Below, piece by piece: positions 12,301 through 22,700 of a stretch of DNA of 64,000 nucleotides. A model generated the notes under the pieces. The model made no database searches. It was not told the origin of the DNA and saw only the letters and a list, made by a program, of their open reading frames with translations. Source of the DNA: Vitrella brassicaformis CCMP3155 (Eukaryota > Protista > Chromerida). The DNA lies in assembly GCA_001179505.1 (NCBI GenBank), contig CDMY01000273.1, forward strand, positions 1 through 64,000. The letters run 5' to 3'. The stretch's first letter is position 1; each line of letters begins with the position of its first letter. A program made the translations under genes and the position numbers.

Positions 12301-13943
12301 ATGTCGGGCAGCCGGGAGGCCGAGTGGCTGCGGTGGGGGGCGTGGGGGTTGGTCTGCACCGATGCGACATCCATGTCGTCGGAGGGCTTGCGGACCCTGA
12401 TCCATTGGCACACAAGAACGAGCCGATGACAAGTCGTGCATTCAGGCGTGTCTATGCGTTTTCTTTGTCTCGCTCACGTCGTGGTGGGTTCTGGTGGTTG
12501 TGGCTGCTCTGCTGGCGGGGGTCGCGATGATGAGTGTGGTGTGGATGAGGGTGCCTGGGAGTAGGGGGTGGTCGGGGGGTCCTCGGGGGTGCCCTTCGAC
12601 TCAGACACCGAGGGCGACGACACAAACGGCCTGACGTGCCCAAAACAAGGAAACACGCCAGTTCTTGTCAAGAACTGTTACAGCTTTATCTCTTCTGTCG
12701 TGTGGCTTACGCATCACTGGGGCGAGGCGCCTTGTTGGACCTACACAGACACACAGACACCCGAACAGAGAAATGCTCCTGCATGCTCCCTTCCTTGCCC
12801 ACCCCCCCTCATGGTTTATTCTCACTGTCTCTGCGCCCAGAACCGCATGTGTGACGCCCTCGTGTTGAAGAGCGCCTGCTGGTCGCGCAGCAGCGCCTCC
12901 ACACTCTCATAGACACCCAGGATGGGCCCAGGCAATGGCGGCGACATGCTCTCCAGCCGCCTCGCCAGCCCCCGCCCCTCCTGCCGATACCGCACATGAG
13001 GGTCGCCCTTGGTCTCGTCGCTGGCCCTTGCGAACGCCCTCGCGTCAAAAATGTTGATGAGGCTGACACGGATGCTGCCGCCGTACCCCTGCATGGCCTG
13101 CGCGCAGACGAGCCAAAAATCGCCGCGCTGCCCGACCATCCAGACGCCGCTGCTGCCGTCCGCCACAGGGATGGGCTTGCCCAGCCGCCGCTCGAGCTCG
13201 GCAAAGACCTTCCTGCGTGTGGCGTTGTCATTGGTCGAGGGCCGGCTCTTGATCAGGATCTCGCCCCGCCGCGTGCACTTGAGGGACTGGCAGTCCTTCC
13301 GGGTGGAGATGGTGTGTGTGACGGCGGTGCTGAAGAGCTTGTCGGGCCTGCACTCGGCGACGGGCAGCTGCTGCTGGTGGTGGGCGTCGGCCGTGTGTCG
13401 GTTTTTCTTGCGGCCTTTGCCCTTCTTCCTGGTGTGCACCAGCGGCCAGAGGACGGGCCCGATCTTGGTGCGGAGGAGCTCCGTCTGCACGGCGGTGGTG
13501 ACGTCGTCTTCATCGGCGCCCCCCTCCTCGAGCTGCTGCAGGGGGATGGGGTTGGCCTTCAGATCTTCCTCCGTGATGCGGATGGGCGGCTCAATCCTCC
13601 CGGTGCAACTCAACAGCCGAAGCAGTGGCTCCCTGCAGACAGACAGACAGACAGACAACCACACCCAACGACACACACAGAATGAGCCGAATCCACGATG
13701 ACCATGCATAGCCGTGCCGTGCTGTGGTGTGCAGTCAGTGGTCGTGTGTGCGTACCATTTGTCCCATGCCTTCTTGCTGCGAAGGACGAGAGGGAGGTGC
13801 GCCGGCGCCATTCGCGCGAGCAGCAGATCCGGCGCCACGAGACAGACCTCAGAGATGCATGGCTCGTGACTGCGCGCTGAACTCGATGAGGCGCAGGTCT
13901 CGCCACAGCTCATGTAACCGGACGAGGCACCGAACAGCGCCAT
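9334..13943 (-). CDS. Large multi-exon hypothetical protein: globular N-terminal region, helical middle, long acidic/Pro/His-rich disordered C-terminus
   Basis: ORFs 12822-13943, 12000-12413 and 9334-12060 can be joined through GT-AG introns with SSR-rich interiors (around 13750-13635, 12825-12730, 12480-12400, 12135-12065, 11900-11812). There is no recognisable catalytic motif. It could be two genes. Confidence 0.6.
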
Positions 13944-14081
13944 CTGGTTCAGCGATGCTGCGGGACGAAATCCCGAGACTGCGGCGGTTCCCTACCGCAT
14001 TGGGAGGACAAGGTGAAGCGCGTGAAGCCCAAATGAGATTGGGGAAAGGTCTGCGAGCTTGGCTGCTGTCTGCGAGCTTGA

Positions 14082-14247
14082 AGTTGGAGTATCAGCAGTA
14101 GCTCGGGGTAGCGAGTAGGAATGTGACGAAGCCGAAAGAAGCATTCAGTGACGACGGAAGTCTCATGGACACGCAAGCTTGGGTCCACAACCATCGCAAT
14201 TCATGTCTCGTAGATCTCGCCCGTGTAACCCGGTCTCCGCTCTAACT
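14082..14247 (-). repeat. 3' LTR (166 bp)
   Basis: On the minus strand it begins AGTTAGAG and ends CTCCAACT (8-bp terminal inverted repeat, 7/8 match). It is a near-identical direct repeat of 18101-18266. Confidence 0.85.
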
Positions 14248-14256
14248 CCCCCTCTC
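14248..14256 (-). other. Polypurine tract immediately upstream of the 3' LTR
   Basis: Minus strand reads GAGAGGGGG directly before AGTTAGAG, which is the typical Ty1/copia PPT position and composition. Confidence 0.75.
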
Positions 14257-15192
14257 GCTCGTCAGCTTTTGCTTGTCGTTGCTGCCGAGCGCTCATCATG
14301 AGGTGTTGGCGGTCAGCGAGATCGTCGAGAAAGAAACAGACGAGGTGCTTTTTCGGCTGTTTATCAGCTCACAGCAGCTCGTCAAGCCATGCGGATGACG
14401 CTTGGAGAGATGGGAGGCATCTTGTGCTCTTGCTACCACCTCCGCATCACCACGCGGCTTGGTACGGCACTCACATGCAGATCATGAACATGCAAGTGTG
14501 CCTTTCATTGTTCTGGCTGGCTGTCTGCCCCATCTATCTGCCTTTCCTGCCTGTCTGTCCTTTTCTAGGTCCAGACTCGGCTGCGGCAGAAGACACACAC
14601 ACACGTAAGCATGTGTCAATGTGAATTGTGTTTGTTTCTTTTGTTGGCTTCAGGGCTTGTGACAAAGCGCCACGCAAGCATCCTGAAGACCATGGTGCTG
14701 ATGTGTCTGCAGCCTGAGCTGACCATTCTTGGGTCGCTCTGCTGTCACAGACATCAGCTACTTACCTGACGGTCGATAGCGCCTTTATTTCTATTGCTTA
14801 CCTTTTCTCGGCGCCTTTTGTGTGTGCCTTTTTCGCTCTTTTTTCTTGTCTATACGGTCAGTGATGGTGGGTTTGCTTGCCTGTGTTGGCTTATATTGTC
14901 TCCCCCTCTTGACCGTATAGGTGAGCGAGGCATTAGAAGCACATGACGTGGCAAACATGCATGCCAGCTTGCTGAGTCAGATAGAACAGCCCTGCATGAG
15001 AACTGCTCTGTGTCAGTTTCTCGAATCACAAGAGAGACTGCAGGCCATGCGGATATTCACGGCCACGTGAGGGTGTACAGTCCTCACGAGTCGTGATGTC
15101 CGTGCACACGTGGCTGCTCTCAATCTTCCCATCTTCTAGATAGGTGGCTCTCGCCTCACACAGTACCTCTATGAGTGTCTGTGGCGATTCTG

Positions 15193-16887
15193 AGGTCTAT
15201 CTCAGTCGTCCCTCGCTTTTGCCATTGCGTCGCTCTGTGCCTTGTGTGTCTATGAACACACAGTGGCATTGGCATGCAATGGGTAAGTCAGACACATTTG
15301 TTTTTGTAAGACATCTGTGATGTCTTTCTGGTGTGTGGCTCGACCTAGCTGTCTGTCTTTGTGCAGCGAGCGAACACACACATGTGTCTAGACGAGCTGA
15401 GACCGCATCAGGCCAGCTGCGCTATTTGTGCGCTGTGCTGTTATTGCTTTGCCTAATGCCCCCTCTGAGCTCAATGCCCAAGGAGTGAGCCAGCAATTGA
15501 GAGTCAGGCTAGGTTTTCAATGAACCCACTTAGGACGCAGAGCGTCATCAATGCATTTTGTGTATGCATGCGACACTCCACCGTGCGCTGGTCCGTGACT
15601 CAATGCTGTACATTTTTGATTTTGCGTGAGGGACATCTGGACTTTGAAATAGAGGTGACGAATCACTTGGTGCAGCCATGGCACATACTCTTCTGACTGC
15701 ATCTGAGCAATCACATCACTCTCTAAGTCCTTTCCCTCTCGCACGTACTGTCAATGTGTTCCTTGATCAAAAGTATGACTGCACGCAGACCAATTCCTCA
15801 TGGAATCGATCAACAGCAGATCACTTCTCTCTCAGTCAGTTCTTTCTCAGCCCTCATCAATCAATGCACATCTGTCATCCATCGATCAANNNNNNNNNNN
15901 NNNNNNNNNNNNNNNNNNNNNNNNNNNNNNNNNNNNNNNNNNNNNNNNNNNNNNNNNNNNNNNNNNNNNNNNNNNNNNNNNNNNNNNNNNNNNNNNNNNN
16001 NNNNNNNNNNNNNNNNNNNNNNNNNNNNNNNNNNNNNNNNNNNNNNNNNNNNNNNNNNNNNNNNNNNNNNNNNNNNNNNNNNNNNNNNNNNNNNNNNNNN
16101 NNNNNNNNNNNNNNNNNNNNNNNNNNNNNNNNNNNNNNNNNNNNNNNNNNNNNNNNNNNNNNNNNNNNNNNNNNNNNNNNNNNNNNNNNAGGTCTATCTC
16201 AGTCGTCCCTCGCTTTTGCCATTGCGTCGCTCTGTGCCTTGTGTGTCTATGAACACACAGTGGCATTGGCATGCAATGGGTAAGTCAGACACATTTGTTT
16301 TTGTAAGACATCTGTGATGTCTTTCTGGTGTGTGGCTCGACCTAGCTGTCTGTCTTTGTGCAGCGAGCGAACACACACATGTGTCTAGACGAGCTGAGAC
16401 CGCATCAGGCCAGCTGCGCTATTTGTGCGCTGTGCTGTTATTGCTTTGCCTAATGCCCCCTCTGAGCTCAATGCCCAAGGAGTTAGCCAGCAATTGAGAG
16501 TCAGGCTAGGTTTTCAATGAACCCACTTAGGATGCAGAGCGTCATCAATGCATTTTGTGTATGCATGCGACACTCCACCGTGCGCTGGTCCGTGACTCAA
16601 TGCTGTACATGTTTGATTTTGCGTGAGGGACATCTGGACTTTGAAATAGAGGTGACGAATAACTTGGTGCTGCCATGGCACATGCTGTTCTGACTGCATC
16701 TGAGCAATCACATCACTCTCTTAAGTCCTTTCCCTCTCGCACGCACTGTCAATGTGTTCCTTGATCAAAAATATGACTGCACGCAGACCAATTCCTCATG
16801 GAATCGATCAGCAGCAAATCACTTCTCTCTCAGTCAGTTCTTTCTCAGCCCTCATCAATCAATGCACATCTGTCATCCATCGATCAA
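15193..16887. repeat. ~697-bp direct duplication (15193-15889 and 16190-16887; period ~997 bp) flanking a scaffold gap
   Basis: Both copies start aggtctatctcagtcg and end catccatcgatcaa. There are about a dozen substitutions/indels by eye, all in the second half. Confidence 0.9.
15890..16189. other. Assembly gap (300 N)
   Basis: Run of N. Confidence 1.
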
Positions 16888-17086
16888 CCAGCCGGCAGAC
16901 CAATCGACCAACAGACGGCAAGATAGCACTGAGTGAGTGACGAGACGATAGAGAGAAAAATACTTCTGTACATATACAGACGTACATGACGTCCATATGT
17001 ATACGTACACACAGCTTCACTTGCACTAGCCCCCTGTCTTCGTGAGCTCTTGGGTGCCAGCTAGTGCGCTGTTGTCTTGTAGAGCC

Positions 17087-18022
17087 TCATTCGTCTGGCT
17101 CAGATCCATCGTCACTGTCTCGCACCTCTTGCAGCATATGGCCGAGCACTCGACATTCATCTGTCGTGTGATTGAACAGCGAACGTTCTCGTCGCGTAGA
17201 GCAGAGACGACAGAATAGTTGCCGGCGCTCTTGGGCGGCACCAGCAACGGGCAATAATACCACAGTCGATGCTCCCTGTCCTGTATTGCGTCCAGACAGG
17301 GTGTGCGGGTCAGATGGACCATGCGTACCGTCACCGAGCTCCGCAATAATGCGAGCGGCCATACGGCGCATCTTTTCGTGAGTGAAGTCCACCTGCCCGA
17401 TGAACACACTCCACAGAAAAGCACACATTGGTTCGCTCTGAGCACCCAGACGCACGATCATCTTCTGTACGACGTCGTCTTTTGTGCGCCTTTCTGTACC
17501 ATACGCCTTGTTGACGGCAAGTGAGAGACGATCAAGGTCTCCAAGATTATCCATGAAGCCCTTGCTCTTGTCATAATCCCACCTGTCGTATTCGACATTT
17601 GTCTGTGTGCGCCTCTGCTCGATGCTCGGCTCATATCTGCGACGCAGAGCCAACAGAGACACATACTCATCGTGTGTGGTGGTTGCCTCCTGGACCGTTC
17701 CTTGATAGTCCTTGCCCTCTGTGGCCCTATCCAGTGCTCTCCACAACATCCATCTTCCCATCCTCATGTTGCGGCGTTGGACATCTGTGAGCGACTCGTC
17801 AGCGAGCAGCACCGACAGCTCGTCATCGGTTGACGGATGGAAGTACTTGGCCATGCCATCGATGCCATAGAACATGCCAGCAAACGACTGATGCCAGCTG
17901 TGGTAGTCGCTCTCTTTGCCGCTGAAGCGAGGAGGGTTGGCGGCGATGCCATCAGCCATCTTGTACCACAACTCACTGTGTGTCACTTGTTGGATGACGT
18001 CACGTTGTTTGGTCATCATCAC
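17087..18022 (-). CDS. Retrotransposon Gag-like protein (311 aa) with a C-terminal CX2CX10HX4C zinc knuckle
   Basis: The intronless ORF starts ~65 nt after the PBS. N-terminal PPRFSGKESDYHSW resembles the copia Gag F.G.NY..W start. LLALRRRYEP and DDVVQKMIVRL resemble the UBN2/Retrotran_gag_2 helical core. The C-terminus has CRLCSTRRERSLFNHTTDEC. Confidence 0.75.
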   Translation of the reverse strand: MMMTKQRDVIQQVTHSELWYKMADGIAANPPRFSGKESDYHSWHQSFAGMFYGIDGMAKYFHPSTDDELSVLLADESLTDVQRRNMRMGRWMLWRALDRATEGKDYQGTVQEATTTHDEYVSLLALRRRYEPSIEQRRTQTNVEYDRWDYDKSKGFMDNLGDLDRLSLAVNKAYGTERRTKDDVVQKMIVRLGAQSEPMCAFLWSVFIGQVDFTHEKMRRMAARIIAELGDGTHGPSDPHTLSGRNTGQGASTVVLLPVAGAAQERRQLFCRLCSTRRERSLFNHTTDECRVLGHMLQEVRDSDDGSEPDE

Positions 18023-18086
18023 CGGGAGATGGTGTCTCGCCAGATGGTGAGGGAGTGCACGCCAGATGGCTCATCATACCCGAGGT

Positions 18087-18100
18087 GGGCGTTCATAACC
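18087..18100 (-). other. Primer-binding site complementary to the anticodon arm of initiator tRNA-Met (Hemivirus/copia type), with a 2-nt insertion
   Basis: Minus strand reads GGTTATGAACGCCC directly after the LTR end. Drosophila copia uses GGTTATGGGCCC. The complement of the iMet anticodon arm GGGCUCAUAACC is GGTTATGAGCCC. Confidence 0.7.
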
Positions 18101-18266
18101 AGTTGGAGTATCAGCAGTAGCTCGGGGTAGCGAGTAGGAATGTGACGAAGCCGGTAGAAGCATTCAGTGACGACGGGGGTCTCACGGACACGCAAGCTTG
18201 GGTCCACATCCATCGCAATTCATGTCTCGTAGATCTCGCCCGTGTAACTCGGTCTCCGCTCTAACT
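18101..18266 (-). repeat. 5' LTR (166 bp)
   Basis: Same length and the same AGTT...AACT termini as 14082-14247. Confidence 0.85.
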
Positions 18267-18335
18267 CCCGCTACCATCACGTTTTCCACAGCTCGCACAT
18301 GAAGAGAGCGCCTCCACTCTCCGCTCTAGAAAGGA

Positions 18336-19380
18336 ATGCATGAGGAGGACATCGCTTGCATGGATCGTGAAGAAGACGACTCTTCGCCGTTCGACCCATG
18401 GCAGATAGACGTTCCGTCTGCGGATGGGGTGGCGACCAGCAATATAGAGGTCGCGGAAGGCAGCCTGCAGACAGCAATGACTTCCCTCACTTGCGCTCTG
18501 TTGATGTTTTGCGTGCAGGAAATCAAAGACTGTATGTTTCAAGACGGTCAGTGGTACTTCCTGGTGTCGTACGCGTTTCTGGATGACTCATACAACACAT
18601 GGTAAGCATCACCGTACCAGGGACATCACGAAGGGCCCGCAGTGCGTTTGTGTTTTAACAGTGCCGGTCATTGGTCGCCCTGTTGTGGGTGCGCGCGTGT
18701 GTGTCTGTAGGGAGCCTGAGGCATCTCTGCAACAGTCGCTGCCCGAGTCGCTGCAGACAGTGTGTGAGCAGCTGAAGCAGAACGCCCAGTACGCCATCGA
18801 TGACATCAGAGAAGTCCAGTAAGCAGACACGGTCACTCACGGCACACCCGTCCGTCCCACACCCGTGAGGATGCTGCGCCTGCCTTCCTTGTGCTGTCGC
18901 ATCTGTGTGTGCACTGCAGGTACAACAAGCCTGACTCCAAGTACTACTTTCTGATCAAGTGGTTGGGGTTCGACGAGAACGAGTAAGCCGCATCGCATCG
19001 CCAGGCAGGCAGGCAGCTATGTGACGCCATTCACACAAGTAAGAGTGGTGTCCTCTCCTCTGTCTGCATCAGAAACACATGGGAGCCGGAGGAGAACATT
19101 CTGGATACCGACTTGTGCTCGAGTTTGAAGCTCAAGTCGCTCGGGCCATGGTGAGACGGGCACCACCACAACCACACCTATCAATCGCATATGATGCTGA
19201 TGGATGGATGGCATGTCTGTGTGTACGTCCCTGGTTCGTGCTGTTTGTTTCAGGTTCACTGCGTTGGTGCCTCAGATTGAGAGCGAGCCTGTGCAGCCGT
19301 TGCCGCCCAAACCTTCCCCCTCTGCTGGAGATGATGCCGCGTCGCCGCCCGACCTCGATACGGACTCAGAGCCCTTTTGA
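18336..19380 (+). CDS. Small tandem-chromodomain protein (~185 aa, 6 exons)
   Basis: Exons 18336-18449, 18519-18601, 18711-18818, 18920-18982, 19073-19135 and 19254-19380 join in frame (558 nt). CD1 is NIEEIKDCMFQDGQWYFLVSYAFLDDSYNTWEPEASL. CD2 is YAIDDIREVQYNKPDSKYYFLIKWLGFDENENTWEPEENI. Confidence 0.85.
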
Positions 19381-19750
19381 TGCATGGCGGTGCCTAGCCG
19401 GCTGACCACTCGTCCTCTCTGGCTGGCCCATTTGTTTCTGTCCATACGTTCTGTTTTCTTGCGAGACTGTGTGGACGCCCTGGACCTTGCATGTCTATTG
19501 GATGGACAAGGAATGGGCGGGATGATTGGATAGGAGGAGACGGTGCGGCTGGGGGGGCATGGGGGCGGGCTCGCAGTCTCAGACGGAAGACTCGCATTCT
19601 TGACGTGTTGGTGAACAGCATCTGTGCGCCATCGTCAAGGCAGCGCTAGCGGCCTAATTTCTACAGCCGCTCACCCACAAACAGGAGACTTCAGCTTCCA
19701 ACGGCCCCTCGACTGCAGCGCAGCGCGTGTTGTGGTGATTGGAAAGCATC

Positions 19751-22700
19751 ATGGACCACGGGGAGGACGACGACCCCATCAACCCCGACTTCTGCGCCGA
19801 ATGGCTCAAGGCCCGCCTCAATCTCGCCGGCTTCAATGAGGATGAGATGCTCGGGCCCGACGTAGCCATCTCGCTCTACAGCTGGTTTGAAGATGCAGCG
19901 CAGAAGCGGCTGTACCTGTGGATCGGCGACAAAGAGGGAGACGAGACCGACGGCGGGGCGACCCCGGCTGGCGCTGGCAGCAGCAGCGGCAGACAGGCCC
20001 TCATCACCGACACCGCGGTGTTGCCGCTGCCGATCCGTCAGGGGTCGGTCAAGGAGTTTTGCTATGTGTATAAGCGGCCGAACACGGACCATGAGGTCAT
20101 CACCAAGGGGTCCATCAGCAAAGTGTTGCTCATCGGCACCATCAAGGATCACCTACTCGACTATCTCCTCACCGTCATGAACGGCGCATTCATTCCCATC
20201 TCGGCATCTGACCACGGGTATGTAGTCTATGTCCATTCATTGCACTGATTGATTAAAGAAAGCACCACATAACATACGGGATAGGTATCTGTAATGCATT
20301 GATTGCTTTATGCATGGCATGCAGGTGGCCGGAGAATCTTAAGAAGGACTTCACGGGACAAATTCAGAAGTTCATGGCCCGGCTCACCGAGATGACCTTC
20401 CTCTCGCGCGGCGCCACGGTGCTGTACGTGCCGCCTGACGACCTCTCGGACCTCGACAAGGTGTCCAAGGACAAGGATGCCGTGCAGCGGCTGGAGTCGA
20501 CGCTCATCCACTGGACGAGACAGATCAAGGAGGTCACTGCACAGCAGGATGCATCCCGAGGGGGAGGGGAGGCGGCATCGATGGGCGACGCCGAGGTGGC
20601 GGGCCCCCTGGATGAGATTCAGTTCTGGCGGGCCAGAAACGTCGACCTCTCCCGTCTTCACGCACAGCTTGAGACGCCACAATTGCAGGTGACATACTCA
20701 CTGATCGGTTAGTGAGTCCACTTGTCGAGCGTTTTGTCTGTCTGCCTACCTGTCGCATGTTTAGAGGATACTGCGTGTGCTGGAGGCGTCCAAGTCGAGT
20801 TATTTGAAACACTTCAGAGCGCTGCAGAACGACATTTCCCGCGGGTCGATCGAAGCGCAGGCCAACCTGAAGTTCCTGTCAGCTCTGGAGGAGCCCTGCC
20901 TGAAGCTGACGGCGGCCAGCCCCGTGGTCATCCCCGAGAACCTGCCCTCATTGCTGCACAGTGTGCGCATGATCTGGACTATCTCAACACACTACAACAC
21001 CGCGGACAGAATCACCGGTGCGCTGGCAAGGAGACAGTTGATGTAGACTGCTGACATGAGACATGTGCCCCGCTGTGTTCTCAGGTTTGTTGCGTAAGAT
21101 TTCCAACGAGATTATCCGCCGTTGCCAGGACAGCATTCAGCTGGAGGCCATCTTCGCGGGTCGGGCAACCGACATGCCCGAGGAGGAGAGGGCTGAGGGA
21201 CACCCCGACGGCATGACCGTCAAGGACATTCAGGAGGCCACACAGAGACTTGAGGAGTCCGCCGCCTGTGGGAGGGCGTGGAAGCAGACCTACCAGCGGA
21301 CGGCCAAGCTGCTGGCCAGACACAACCCCACACGCAGATGGGACTTCTCGGAGGGATCGATATTCGCTCAGGTTGATGCATTTGTCCAGCGGTGTTGCGA
21401 TTTGCTCGAGGTGTGTGAAGGCCAGCTGCAGTTTGCGGCCAAGGCACGGTGACCAATCAATCCAACACACTCGGGGGGAAGAAGAAGAGTCAAGACGCCC
21501 GTGAATCTTTGTCTCTGTGCTGTTGCTGCTTGTGTTGTGTCAGTGGGATTGAGTTGCCTAGGTTTGGAGGTGCTCGTGCGCCTGAGGTGATCAAGAGCCT
21601 GAATGAGATTGAGACATCTTTCCTCAACAATGTGGCCAAGCTGCGCAACCTTTCGTACTACATACTCGACGTCAAGGTAACCATTCATTCACTCAGCGAA
21701 TGATGCCTGCCTTGCCTTGTCCGTGTTGCCTGCCTGATATTTTCATCATCCCATATATGTATTCTTGTCACCTCACTAACTAACTAAGTGCAGACGACGA
21801 GGTGGCACGATGACTATTCGCACTTCAAGAACCAGATGAAGGACTTGGAGGTCATGTACATGAATGTCATCACCTCGGCATTCGAGGGTGTGTCGACGGC
21901 CGAGGCGGCAATCGAGCTCTTCGACGCCTTCTTTTCACTGTCAAAAAGGCCGCGGATTAAGGGCTTTGTCGAGAAGAAGGCCATCGACGTGTATAACCTC
22001 TTCTCACAGGTGTGTTTTCCTCTCTGGCCGACCACAGCACACGTCAGGGGAATGACTTCGATCCACGTGTGTCTGCAGGAGATGATGAGTCTGCGTCGTG
22101 AGTTTGAGCAGTATCGCAAGAAGTGTCTGCTGCCGGTTGCGCTAGGCCACCCCACACACGCGGGCACTGCCCTGTGGGCGCGAGGCATCGCACTGCGGCT
22201 GCAGCGCCAGATGGAACTCATCGACACCATCGCTGTGCACGGATTCGAAAACAGCAGAGAGGCCGAGGTACACTCATTACACTCTGTGAAAGGGAGGGAG
22301 GACACCCAACCACCCCAATGAGAGTATGTTTGCCAGGGCCTTGCCGTGTGACCACGTGTGTGTCGTCAGGTTGCAAAGGAGACGTATTCGAATTTCCAGT
22401 CGATTTTGGAGGGTTTTGTGAAGCAGACGTTTGACGAGTGGCTGCAGGAGCTGAACAACATGGACACCAACACGTTCGGCAGGCGACTCAACCAGCCGCT
22501 GCTGGGGAGACAGGAGCAGAACATTCTCGCGAGAGGCAAGGGCGGGCAGCTGGAGAGCAACTTCGACAAGGGTCTGATGAAGATGTTCCAGGAGGTGTAT
22601 TATTGGGAGAAGATACAGGGACACGGCATCGTCGTGCCCTACGCTGCACACGAGATGTTTACACACCGGGACACTCTCCGCGTACTCAGGTGGATTGATT

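Larger units (their letters stand above)
14082..18266 (-). mobile_element. Non-autonomous LTR retroelement with copia-like priming signals, Gag only, and AGTT...AACT-ended LTRs
   Basis: Two 166-bp direct repeats (18101-18266 and 14082-14247) differ at ~7 positions by eye. PBS GGTTATGAACGCCC abuts the 5' LTR and PPT GAGAGGGGG abuts the 3' LTR. A Gag-like ORF lies at 17087-18022. I found no RT, RNase H or integrase ORF and no TSD. A scaffold gap lies inside. Confidence 0.8.

Noticed and set aside
14050-14081. Short tandem duplication tctgcgagcttg next to the 3' LTR as a target-site duplication
   Set aside because: Both copies are on the same side of the element and the sequence is absent from the other flank.
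15678-16317. ORFs spanning N runs (also 37225-37867)
   Set aside because: Artefacts of translating through gaps.
18110-18160. RLRHIPTRYPEL peptide resembling the copia RNase H motif KHIDIRYHF
   Set aside because: It lies inside the LTR in a short ORF with no other RNase H or RT motifs; chance similarity.
18336-19380. Chromodomain as part of a chromovirus integrase
   Set aside because: It lies outside the LTRs, on the opposite strand, has five spliceosomal introns and has no integrase.
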